From a virus, in the IMG/VR virus record IMGVR_UViG_3300045988_048969, positions 1 through 36,937 of that record: a stretch of 36,937 nt of DNA. The stretch is one strand, 5' to 3'. The notes beneath the pieces are model-generated. The model saw only the letters and a program-made list of their open reading frames with translations, was not told where the DNA came from and ran no database searches. A program made the position numbers and the translations under genes. Numbering within the stretch: the first letter of the stretch is position 1; every line of letters starts with the position of its first letter. Below are positions 1 to 7,713 of the stretch, one piece after another.

Positions 1-2
1 TT

Positions 3-455
3 ATGAATCTTTTTAAATTTTTAGTAGGTGCTGCAACCATTACAGTTGGCGCATGTGCAGTTGCTGGCAAAGTACGTCGTGATAAACAAAGACAGGAAGA
101 GTTAGATGAATTCTTATGCCCAGATATTGATGAACCTATTGAAAAAGAGATTCGACCAAGTGTAAGTCCATTAAAAAATATGGAATTGGATATTATGGGA
201 TTTAAAGATGCTGAAGAAAAAATTCTTCCGGTCACACTTACATATAGCTTTGATTCTAAAGAGGCGGCTAAACAATTTCAAACAGAAATTGCTGAAAATG
301 GATTAACTTCTTCGTATGATGATGAAGACAAACTTGTGGATGTAATTTATCATGAGGGTGTAAATGAAAGTGATTTAAAAATTTTGTCAGACACACTTGT
401 AAATGCATGTACAAATACGAGTGCTGAATATAAAGGATTTCATTTTAATAAATAG
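3..455 (+). CDS. Hypothetical membrane-anchored protein (host flank or border cargo)
   Basis: ATG ORF of 150 aa with N-terminal hydrophobic helix FLVGAATITVGACAVAG; followed by a hairpin terminator. Confidence 0.5.
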   Translation: MNLFKFLVGAATITVGACAVAGKVRRDKQRQEELDEFLCPDIDEPIEKEIRPSVSPLKNMELDIMGFKDAEEKILPVTLTYSFDSKEAAKQFQTEIAENGLTSSYDDEDKLVDVIYHEGVNESDLKILSDTLVNACTNTSAEYKGFHFNK

Positions 456-481
456 TGGCTTAAGGGTGCTCAAGCCATTTT
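456..481 (+). terminator. Rho-independent terminator
   Basis: Stem TGGCTT(456-461)/AAGCCA(472-477) followed by TTTT. Confidence 0.5.
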
Positions 482-503
482 AATATGGTATAATATATAA
501 AAT

Positions 504-551
504 CCTATATATAAAGCATATATAGGAACATTGGCATATTTTTGGCATATT
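504..551. repeat. att-proximal repeats: 9-bp inverted repeat plus 10-bp direct repeat
   Basis: CCTATATAT(504-512)/ATATATAGG(518-526), and TTGGCATATT at 531-540 and 542-551, directly upstream of int. Confidence 0.5.
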
Positions 552-618
552 CTTTCATGAATTATGCCTTTTTTTTATCCATTTTCTTGTGTATGATGTA
601 GAAAAAGAGGTGCAAGAA

Positions 619-1716
619 ATGGCAGTTAAAAAAGATGAAACAACAGGTAAATGGATGTATTATGGTTCATACAAATTGAATGGTAAAACCAAGCAATATA
701 AGAAGCGTGGTTTTGAAAAAAAGAAAGACGCTATAAAAGCAGAGATTATCTTCAAAGAAAATTTGAAAGAGCCAAACGCAACTATCACATTCAATGAACT
801 ATCTTATCAATATCAAGTATACTCGGAAAAGAGAATTAAGGAAAGCTCATACTTAACACAAAGAGCTATATTGAAAATTTGGGAAGATAGATTAGGCGAT
901 TGTGAAATAAGAAAGATTACAACAAGTGAAATTGAATCTGTAATAAATGAATTATTGGAATCAATGTCTTTTTCTACAATGGTAAATTGCTATGCAAAAT
1001 TTAGAGCGGTATTAAATTATGCAGTCAGACAAGGCTATATTCAAGTGAATCCATGTAATAAGATTGATTTAAAAAAAGACCCCAACGAAAAGAAAAAGGA
1101 AATGAAATATTGGACGGTAGAACAATTCAACAAATTTATTGTAAATGAAGAAAAAGAAGTGTTTCATTTGTTATTTACAAATCAATTCTACATGGGCATG
1201 AGAATAGGCGAAGCGTTGGCTCTGCAATGGAAAGATGTTGACCTTATTAATAACACTATAAAGATAAGCAAAACGTGGTCAAATGCTCTTAGAAAGGCTA
1301 CTACGCCTAAAACAAATAACAGTTATAGAACAATTACTATGCCACAATTCTTAGTTGATGAATACAAGACATTTAAAGAGAAGATACACGCAAATGCAGA
1401 TGATTATATTTTCGGAACTACACTACCGTTCTATGTGAATAGAGTACAAGACGAATTAAAGCGTGTAATAAAAAAAACAAATATCAAGCTACAAAAAGAT
1501 GAGCAGATACCTATTATTAGAACACATGATTTAAGGCACTCATGTGCAAGCTATATGATTAACAATATGGTTACAGATGGAATAGTGAATTTTTCTGTAT
1601 ACGATATTGCAAAAAGATTAGGCGATAACCTTGATACGGTGCTTTCAGTATACGCTCATTGGTTACCTCAAGCAGATAAAGGTATTGTACAATTTATGGA
1701 GAAAGACAAATTTTAG
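619..1716 (+). CDS. int: Tyrosine recombinase / phage integrase
   Basis: ATG 619 behind GAGGTG (track start GTG 589 has no SD). C-terminal HDLRHSCASY ... VYAHW catalytic-type motifs; position at the prophage edge. Confidence 0.9.
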   Translation: MAVKKDETTGKWMYYGSYKLNGKTKQYKKRGFEKKKDAIKAEIIFKENLKEPNATITFNELSYQYQVYSEKRIKESSYLTQRAILKIWEDRLGDCEIRKITTSEIESVINELLESMSFSTMVNCYAKFRAVLNYAVRQGYIQVNPCNKIDLKKDPNEKKKEMKYWTVEQFNKFIVNEEKEVFHLLFTNQFYMGMRIGEALALQWKDVDLINNTIKISKTWSNALRKATTPKTNNSYRTITMPQFLVDEYKTFKEKIHANADDYIFGTTLPFYVNRVQDELKRVIKKTNIKLQKDEQIPIIRTHDLRHSCASYMINNMVTDGIVNFSVYDIAKRLGDNLDTVLSVYAHWLPQADKGIVQFMEKDKF

Positions 1717-1731
1717 CACTAAAAATTACCC

Positions 1732-1758
1732 TTGAAATATAGTTATATGTGTTATAAC
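1732..1758 (+). promoter_or_regulatory. Putative promoter (TTGAAA, extended -10 TGtTATAAC)
   Basis: TTGAAA 1732-1737 and TG 1750-1751 plus TATAAC 1753-1758; spacer is only 15 nt. Confidence 0.35.
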
Positions 1759-1798
1759 CTTAGAGTTATTAATAATTATAAAGAAAGGGGGAAGCCAC

Positions 1799-1927
1799 AT
1801 GACGAAGTATGAAATGTATGTATTGATTAATAGAATGTTAGAAGAACTAGAAGAAAAAGAAGTGGCAAGAGTTTATGAGTATACTCAACGGATTTGGATA
1901 AATTCCACAGATGAAAAGAGCGATTAA
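1799..1927 (+). CDS. Small acidic hypothetical protein (42 aa), below ORF-track cutoff
   Basis: ATG 1799 behind AAAGGGGGA; ends TAA 1925-1927 inside the terminator stem. Confidence 0.4.
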   Translation: MTKYEMYVLINRMLEELEEKEVARVYEYTQRIWINSTDEKSD

Positions 1928-1941
1928 TTTCGCTCTTTTTT
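1914..1941. terminator. Bidirectional rho-independent terminator
   Basis: Stem AGAGCGA(1917-1923)/TCGCTCT(1930-1936), flanked by an A-run and a T-run; sits between convergent genes. Confidence 0.7.
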
Positions 1942-2548
1942 ATTGCAATGTAACTGAATTAACTGTTATAGGGTGAGAATGCATTCTATCCCAATTTATT
2001 CTCACATCAAAATTGTATACTTGACCATTTGATTCGGCTTGGGATTTAACTGTAAATATATCTTCTGCTCGTCTATAATACCATTCTGTATAATCAGAAA
2101 ATGTACATTGAGAACCTACTTTTTCATTAACTGCATTTTGAACAGTATCGACAAGAAATTCTCTATCAGAATCAACTATATATTGGTCGGGTATTTTTCT
2201 ATATACTTCTCCATTTTTGTATAGAATATAATCATCTTGAGTAACTAACTTAACCTTTCCTTTTTTAATCGTAGTTGTGTAGTAATTTTCATATAAGTAG
2301 CATGTAGTGATTACATTACCTTCGTGTCCTGTTACTGTTACAAGACTTTTTTTAACACCGAGCTTTTTCATTACTTTATACAAAGCTTTCATATCTTTTT
2401 TTGAGATTTTATATTTTTTTAAATCTTTTGCAGTAGTTTCATATTGTATATTATTATCCAAAGCATATACATTTACAGGCATAAATAAGCCTAAGCATAA
2501 TACAAATGCAATGACGATTGAATATCGTCTTTTTTTATTAATTTTCAT
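1940..2548 (-). CDS. Secreted protein of the lysogeny module (superinfection-exclusion or lysogenic-conversion candidate)
   Basis: Signal-peptide-like N-terminus MKINKKRRYSIVIAFVLCLGLFMPVNVYA; co-oriented with and overlapping the repressor gene. Confidence 0.6.
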   Translation of the reverse strand: MKINKKRRYSIVIAFVLCLGLFMPVNVYALDNNIQYETTAKDLKKYKISKKDMKALYKVMKKLGVKKSLVTVTGHEGNVITTCYLYENYYTTTIKKGKVKLVTQDDYILYKNGEVYRKIPDQYIVDSDREFLVDTVQNAVNEKVGSQCTFSDYTEWYYRRAEDIFTVKSQAESNGQVYNFDVRINWDRMHSHPITVNSVTLQ

Positions 2549-2909
2549 TGTCTAATTCCTTAATGATTCCATAAATGAAATCTAATAACCTTTCCTTTGT
2601 TTCTTCGCTTGATTTTAGATAAGCCTTAATAAGTGGCTTTTGGTTTGGGTTGATTTGGTATTCTTCTATGAGTTCGTCAATAGTGTTATCCGGTACATCT
2701 AAAAACATATCTCCAATACCTTCAGTAAGCCAAAAATAATCGGCATTAAATGTTCTACAGATGTTTTTAAGAATGTAATCATTCATATTTCTAACGCCAC
2801 TTTCATAACTTGCAACAGAATTTCTAGAAACACCAATTCTTGAACCAAACTCTGTTTGAGTTAAATTTAATGCATTCCTTAACTCTTTTACTCTTTCTCC
2901 TGTAGTCAA
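2538..2909 (-). CDS. XRE-family HTH repressor (cI-like), no S24 peptidase domain
   Basis: TTG start behind AAGGAGG on the minus strand. HTH LTQTEFGSRIGVSRNSVASYESG; divergent from the early operon. Confidence 0.85.
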   Translation of the reverse strand: MTTGERVKELRNALNLTQTEFGSRIGVSRNSVASYESGVRNMNDYILKNICRTFNADYFWLTEGIGDMFLDVPDNTIDELIEEYQINPNQKPLIKAYLKSSEETKERLLDFIYGIIKELDNEN

Positions 2910-2948
2910 AAAAATAACCTCCTTTATTTCATTTTATCATTAAAAATA

Positions 2949-3006
2949 TAAATGTACACAACAATTACAATTTATACTTGTAAATGTACACGGTGTGTTG
3001 TATACT
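2949..3006. promoter_or_regulatory. Genetic-switch region: operator-like direct repeats and early promoter
   Basis: TAAATGTACAC at 2949-2959 and 2981-2991. TTGTAA 2978-2983, 17-nt spacer, TATACT 3001-3006; the second operator overlaps the spacer. Confidence 0.6.
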
Positions 3007-3017
3007 ATACACGTAAG

Positions 3018-3047
3018 TTACAAAACATTACAAAACATTACAAAACA
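3018..3047 (+). repeat. Perfect 3 x 10-bp tandem repeat TTACAAAACA in the early leader
   Basis: Copies read directly at 3018-3027, 3028-3037 and 3038-3047, between the -10 box and the SD of the first early gene. Confidence 0.9.
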
Positions 3048-3061
3048 CGGAGGAACAAGAA

Positions 3062-3286
3062 ATGAAAAAGGAATTAGAAAAATTATTAGCAAGAGTAAAT
3101 TGGCAAATTGAAAGCAAAGAACGTTCGCTAAAACAAGAAAAAGAAACTTTAGTTCACGAAGCTCAAAATTTGAATACAAATTATGTAAAGCAAACTTGCG
3201 AAAGAATCGAACAACTTGAAAAGGAATTGTTGATTCACGAGACATACAGATACACATTAGAAGGAATCTTAAAAATGGAGGATTAA
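3062..3286 (+). CDS. Early hypothetical coiled-coil protein
   Basis: ATG behind GGAGG; heptad-rich sequence, no HTH. Confidence 0.6.
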   Translation: MKKELEKLLARVNWQIESKERSLKQEKETLVHEAQNLNTNYVKQTCERIEQLEKELLIHETYRYTLEGILKMED

Positions 3287-3290
3287 GAAA

Positions 3291-3443
3291 ATGAAATCAC
3301 AAGAAGAAATTAGAAAAAGACAACAAGAATATAAAGACAAAATGTTCAATAAATTCAGTAATGAATTTACAAGAAAGATTATTCTTCAAAAGCAAAATCA
3401 AATGCTTAGAGAAGAAATAGAAAGATTAAAAGCTAATCAATAA
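3291..3443 (+). CDS. Small early hypothetical protein (50 aa), below ORF-track cutoff
   Basis: ATG 3291 behind GGAGGA; ends TAA 3441-3443. Confidence 0.5.
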   Translation: MKSQEEIRKRQQEYKDKMFNKFSNEFTRKIILQKQNQMLREEIERLKANQ

Positions 3444-3456
3444 GGAGGAACAAAAA

Positions 3457-3708
3457 ATGAACAAAATTGATTACAATACAAAACCAACAGAAAAAGGAAT
3501 TGATAATTTCATTTGGGTGCACGAAACAAAAATCAAACAAGCAGAAAATGAAATTGAAGAATTGAAGCAAGAATTAATTGAAGCAATTAACAACAATCAA
3601 TTCAATAAAATCGGTCATTACAACTATTGTTTGAACAGATTAGACACGATTGTTAAAGAATCAAAAAATACATTAAGTCTATTAAGAAATAACTTAAAAG
3701 AAGATTAA
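3457..3708 (+). CDS. Early hypothetical protein
   Basis: ATG behind AAGGAGG. Confidence 0.6.
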   Translation: MNKIDYNTKPTEKGIDNFIWVHETKIKQAENEIEELKQELIEAINNNQFNKIGHYNYCLNRLDTIVKESKNTLSLLRNNLKED

Positions 3709-3725
3709 TAAGGAGGACACAAGAA

Positions 3726-4010
3726 ATGACAAACGAACAAATCATAAAAAATGAAAAGAAGTTATTAGGCATGGGAGAATTTGAACCATTGCATACATTC
3801 GCTAAATGGAAAGAAATGGGATTCAAAGTTAAAAAAGGTGAGCATGCTACAGTTTGCACAAAACTTTGGAAACGCAAATCAAAGAAAGTTGAATCAGTTG
3901 ATGGAAAAGAAGTTGAAGAAAACAATTTCTTCTTAGCAAAAGCTTTCTTATTTAAGCTAGACCAAGTTGAAAGAATTGAAACCAAAGGCAAACCACAATT
4001 AATGAATTAG
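3726..4010 (+). CDS. Early hypothetical protein (basic; FAKWKEMGFKVKKGEHA motif)
   Basis: ATG behind AAGGAGG; followed by a GAAA-tetraloop hairpin at 4014-4034. Confidence 0.6.
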   Translation: MTNEQIIKNEKKLLGMGEFEPLHTFAKWKEMGFKVKKGEHATVCTKLWKRKSKKVESVDGKEVEENNFFLAKAFLFKLDQVERIETKGKPQLMN

Positions 4011-4085
4011 TCGAAATAAGCCGAAAGGCTTATCTGCTAGAGATGACCTACTAGCACTGATGAGACAGGTCATGGAGGTGAAACA

Positions 4086-4214
4086 ATACTAGACAAGAGA
4101 ATTTTTGAAGCCTTAAGCGAATTGCAAAAGAAAGGCTATGAGATTTCGGAATTTTATCAAGGATATATCGCTTGTATCTTAGATGAATCGAAAAGAGGTG
4201 AGAAACGTGACTAG
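4086..4214 (+). CDS. Candidate 42-aa ORF with ATA start
   Basis: Frame opens after TGA 4044-4046 with no ATG/GTG/TTG before ATA 4086. GGAGG 4074-4078 lies 7 nt upstream; stop TAG 4212-4214 overlaps the next GTG start. Confidence 0.35.
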   Translation: MLDKRIFEALSELQKKGYEISEFYQGYIACILDESKRGEKRD

Positions 4215-4386
4215 AACGTATCATGTAACCTTCGATGTGACTGCAAATGTCACATTCGAAGTTGAAGCACATGACAGTGAAGAAGCAAAAGAAATTGCTA
4301 ATAAGCTGAATGTGAGAGATTTACAAGAGGTAAACGAAATCAATACTTGTGAATCTAGAATGGAGGTGTACGAAAGTGATTATTGA
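4207..4386 (+). CDS. Early hypothetical protein
   Basis: GTG 4207 behind GAGGTG is preferred to track ATG 4183, which lacks an SD. Confidence 0.55.
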   Translation: MTRTYHVTFDVTANVTFEVEAHDSEEAKEIANKLNVRDLQEVNEINTCESRMEVYESDY

Positions 4387-4627
4387 GTATAAAGCATTGC
4401 TTAATAAAGATGATTTAGTGAAATTGTTTGAAATGGATGAAATGTCAGAAGGAGGACAAAGAAACAAGGCAAGTAAAATCATGAGGTCTGTTAAAGAGCA
4501 GTACAAAAAAGATAATGGGATTGATTGGAAAGATACATTTATTTATAAGAATGTTTCACAAAATGTAATTCCTACAGAAACATTTTTGAAGTGTTGTCCG
4601 GAGTTTAGAAAGTCATTTAGGAGATAA
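4376..4627 (+). CDS. Early hypothetical protein
   Basis: GTG 4376 behind GGAGGTG; overlaps the upstream stop. Confidence 0.55.
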   Translation: MIIEYKALLNKDDLVKLFEMDEMSEGGQRNKASKIMRSVKEQYKKDNGIDWKDTFIYKNVSQNVIPTETFLKCCPEFRKSFRR

Positions 4628-4631
4628 GAAA

Positions 4632-4862
4632 ATGCAAGATATAAGAATGAACAGTATTCAAGATGAAGAAATGGAATTGAGCATTTATCCATTCAATCCA
4701 AAAAGAAAATATCTATCGAAAGAAGAAAAAGAGATACGCAGAGAAAAAAGGTATCAAAAAAGAATCACAAATTGCGTAAATGTAATTCTAATTACAACAA
4801 TCGTGATTCTACTTATTTCAATAGCTTGTTTAGGTAAGTCGTATGCAATGTTATTTCAATAA
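4632..4862 (+). CDS. Tail-anchored small membrane protein
   Basis: ATG behind AGGAG; C-terminal helix VNVILITTIVILLISIACLG. Confidence 0.6.
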   Translation: MQDIRMNSIQDEEMELSIYPFNPKRKYLSKEEKEIRREKRYQKRITNCVNVILITTIVILLISIACLGKSYAMLFQ

Positions 4863-4960
4863 AAAAGAGGTGCGCACTCGACAAAGCACGCACACACAAG
4901 AAATGACGTTCTTAAAATAAGAACACATACATTATAGCAGATTAAAAGGAGAAACGGAAG

Positions 4961-5623
4961 ATGGAAGAAAAGAAAAGCATTTATGAGAAACTTTCATTAA
5001 TTCAGAATGAAATGAAAGTCGGAAAAAACAATTACAACAAATTTGGGAAATATAACTATCGTTCTGCCGAAGATATTCTTGCAGAAGCTAAAAAGATTTG
5101 TTGCAAGTATAGAACAACATTAATTCTTACAGATGATATTAAAGTTGCAGAAACTAGATATTACGTTGTAGCAAATGCAATATTAATGGATTGGGATTCT
5201 CATATAACTGTAGAGGTTACCGCAATGGCTAGAGAAGAAGAAAATAAAAAAGGTATGGACGCTTCACAAGTTACAGGTTCATGCAGTTCATATGCTAGGA
5301 AATATGCGTTAAACGGTTTATTCAACTTAGATGATACAAAAGACGCAGATACAGATGAACAACATGAAGTAATTCAAAATGCACAAACAAAACAACAGAA
5401 AGCCGAAAAAAATGACAAGTTAGATGAAATTCGTATGCGTTGTTTTAAAGCACAAAATGAATTGCAGAAGCTAGGAATTGATACGCATTCAGAAGCGTTT
5501 TGTGAGCATTTAAAAGCCGAATATAAAATCAGTTCACAAGATATTCCTAATCTAAATGGAAACGGTCTAGTGGCATTAATTAAAGCATACGGAGCTATTT
5601 ACAAAGAAAATGCGAAAGCATAA
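4961..5623 (+). CDS. erf: ERF-family single-strand annealing protein
   Basis: Motifs YNYRSAEDIL and GSCSSYARKYALNGLFNLDD are typical of the ERF superfamily. Confidence 0.8.
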   Translation: MEEKKSIYEKLSLIQNEMKVGKNNYNKFGKYNYRSAEDILAEAKKICCKYRTTLILTDDIKVAETRYYVVANAILMDWDSHITVEVTAMAREEENKKGMDASQVTGSCSSYARKYALNGLFNLDDTKDADTDEQHEVIQNAQTKQQKAEKNDKLDEIRMRCFKAQNELQKLGIDTHSEAFCEHLKAEYKISSQDIPNLNGNGLVALIKAYGAIYKENAKA

Positions 5624-5636
5624 GGAGGAAAGAAAA

Positions 5637-5942
5637 ATGGAATTAGTAAACGTAACAAATGGACAAATTGAAATTCAAAAGGAAGCACTGAACAAATTGA
5701 AATCATTTCAAGAATACAAAAAGGAAATGGACAAATTAGAAAAAGATATTAAGAAAAATATCTTAGAAGCAATGGAAAATAACGGTATCAAATCATTTGA
5801 AAATGATGTTGTGAAAATTGCATATGTAGAACCATATACAAGAACAACTATTGATACAAAGTTAGTGAATGAATTAGGTCTTATGCACCAATTAGCAAAG
5901 GAAACACAAGTTAAATCTAGTGTTAAGGTGACTTGGAAATAA
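5637..5942 (+). CDS. Hypothetical protein of the recombination module
   Basis: ATG 5637 behind AAGGAGG (track start 5610 lies upstream of the SD). Confidence 0.6.
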   Translation: MELVNVTNGQIEIQKEALNKLKSFQEYKKEMDKLEKDIKKNILEAMENNGIKSFENDVVKIAYVEPYTRTTIDTKLVNELGLMHQLAKETQVKSSVKVTWK

Positions 5943-6229
5943 AACGAGATAAATCAATCTTACAAAAAGATATGTCTAAATGTTATGTATGTGGTTCAAC
6001 TTTAGATTTGCACACGCACGAAATTTATTTCGGCACTGCAAATAGAAAAAAATCAATCAAACATGGGTGTTATGTAAGATTGTGTGCAAAGCACCATAAT
6101 ATGAGCAGTGAAGGAGTTCACTTCAATCACATATTAGACATGAAACTTAAAAAGGAATGCCAACAGGCATTTGAAGAAGTACGAACAAGAAAGGAGTTTA
6201 TGGATATATTCCATAAGAACTACTTATAA
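5939..6229 (+). CDS. Zn-finger / HNH-like phage protein (CxxC...HH...CxxHH)
   Basis: CYVCGS...HTHEIYFGTANRKKS...LCAKHHN...IFHKNYL. Likely ATA 5939 start (AAGGTG 5925-5930, ATAA overlap with upstream stop); alternatives are TTG 5933 and ATG 5972. Confidence 0.6.
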   Translation: MKRDKSILQKDMSKCYVCGSTLDLHTHEIYFGTANRKKSIKHGCYVRLCAKHHNMSSEGVHFNHILDMKLKKECQQAFEEVRTRKEFMDIFHKNYL

Positions 6230-6239
6230 GGAGGTAAAT

Positions 6240-6470
6240 ATGCATTCATACAATGTGATTACGAATCAAGAAACATATCCTAGAGAAATATATTTTTCGC
6301 AAGCTAAAAGAATTGAAGAATTAGAAAATTACATCATGGATGAAAACTTCAATCCATATCAAGATTCATGGACGGATGTTAATAGAATGAAAGAGCTAGG
6401 AATTACAGAAGAGCAAAAAGAATTGTTTAGACTTCAAAAATTTGAAGAATTGGAGCGCAGTCCATTTTGA
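6240..6470 (+). CDS. Hypothetical protein
   Basis: ATG 6240 behind AAGGAGG. Confidence 0.6.
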   Translation: MHSYNVITNQETYPREIYFSQAKRIEELENYIMDENFNPYQDSWTDVNRMKELGITEEQKELFRLQKFEELERSPF

Positions 6471-7006
6471 AAACAAAGTTGATAGGTAATTTCATTCGTA
6501 AATCAAGAAATGAAGATGGAAACCTAGAAATAACATTTGAATTAACTGAGCCAATATACGAATCATACGCTCAGACACTCGAAAAAGGGGCATACAGCGT
6601 GATTATAGATTCGGTTAAACATTTACGTACAAACAATCAGAATCGGCTTATGTGGGCATTAATCAAGGAAATAAGTGAAAACGAAAACGCTAGCTACAAC
6701 GATACATGGGATATGTATTGCGAGTTTTTGAGAATGGCAAAAGCTTTATATACATATGTTTCAGTGTTGAAAGATGGTGTTGATTCGTTGGCTCAAGCAC
6801 ATGGAGTTAGGGCAGTTCAAATATTGGGTACTGAGGTTAGAGACAATGGAAATGAATTTGTAAATTGTAGATTGTTTTTAGGCTCATCACAAATGGACAC
6901 AAAACAAATGGGAGTGTTAATTGATTGCATACTAGATTATGCAGAACAATTAGGAATCAGTACTCAATATTATTTAGATAAAGGAATCAAGGAGGTACAA
7001 GAATAA
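6467..7006 (+). CDS. ninB: NinB/Orf-like recombination mediator
   Basis: RTNNQNRLMWALIKEIS resembles lambda NinB RSLDQNRKLWACLGDVS (from memory). TTGA overlap with the upstream stop. Confidence 0.55.
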   Translation: MKTKLIGNFIRKSRNEDGNLEITFELTEPIYESYAQTLEKGAYSVIIDSVKHLRTNNQNRLMWALIKEISENENASYNDTWDMYCEFLRMAKALYTYVSVLKDGVDSLAQAHGVRAVQILGTEVRDNGNEFVNCRLFLGSSQMDTKQMGVLIDCILDYAEQLGISTQYYLDKGIKEVQE

Positions 7007-7371
7007 AGTTTGTAATAAAAGGAAAGCTTGATGGGTTGAATGAATATATTAATGCTTGCAGAACGAATCGTTACAAAGGAGCAGAAATGAAGAAAAAGAA
7101 TGAGCGATTAGTTATGGCGTACATTCTTAGAGCAGTAAACTTTGGCGAAATTTACGAGGTTAAGAACTACCCAATTAGATTAAATATCAATTGGTATGAG
7201 CCAAATAACAAAAGAGATATAGACAATATCACATTCGCTACTAAATTCATTCAAGATTCATTAGTTAGAACAGGGATATTAGAAGATGATTCAAGGAAAT
7301 ACATTAATCAAGTGAATCATTCAGTATTTACAGATAAGGAGAATCCAAGGATAGAGGTAGAAATTATATGA
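7003..7371 (+). CDS. rusA: RusA-like Holliday junction resolvase, ATA start
   Basis: Frame opens after TAA 6979-6981 with no canonical start before TTG 7036. ATA 7003 lies 7 nt after GGAGG 6991-6995. N-terminus KFVIKGKLDGLNEYINACRTNRY is typical of Gram-positive phage RusA. Confidence 0.75.
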   Translation: MKFVIKGKLDGLNEYINACRTNRYKGAEMKKKNERLVMAYILRAVNFGEIYEVKNYPIRLNINWYEPNNKRDIDNITFATKFIQDSLVRTGILEDDSRKYINQVNHSVFTDKENPRIEVEII

Positions 7372-7712
7372 GAGAACAAGAAATGGCAGTAAATGTAGCA
7401 AAGCAAATTTATTTTGATGAATTTAATACGTTTTATAAAATTGCAGAAACTAAAAAGGATGCAAAATTAGATGATGTATTTAATGAAATGTGCACGTGTC
7501 ATGATATTACAGATGAATTAATCTACAGATTAGAGAGATGTAATAGCTTTACGGAAGAAGGATTAAACGAACAAAGAATTATTGCAATATATATTGCGTT
7601 GCATAAAGATGAGTGTTTTAGTCCTAAACAAATAAAATGCTATATCGAATACACCGACAAGATTATTGATGAAATCCTAAAGCAAGTCGCAGTGCTTGGC
7701 GGAGGTGATTAG
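7368..7712 (+). CDS. Hypothetical protein
   Basis: ATG overlapping the rusA stop (ATATGA). Confidence 0.6.
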   Translation: MREQEMAVNVAKQIYFDEFNTFYKIAETKKDAKLDDVFNEMCTCHDITDELIYRLERCNSFTEEGLNEQRIIAIYIALHKDECFSPKQIKCYIEYTDKIIDEILKQVAVLGGGD

Positions 7713-7713
7713 A

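Noticed and set aside
589-618. GTG 589 as the integrase start
   Set aside because: It has no SD. ATG 619 is preceded by GAGGTG at proper spacing and gives the typical MAVKKDETTGKW integrase N-terminus.
4057-4084. Hammerhead-ribozyme-like core: CTGATGAG at 4057-4064 and GAAAC at 4080-4084
   Set aside because: The segment between the two boxes (ACAGGTCATGGAGGT) cannot form a stem II closed by G10.1:C11.1. No convincing stem I or III and no cleavage-site context were found. The CTGATGAG lies in the loop of an ATGACCT/AGGTCAT hairpin instead.
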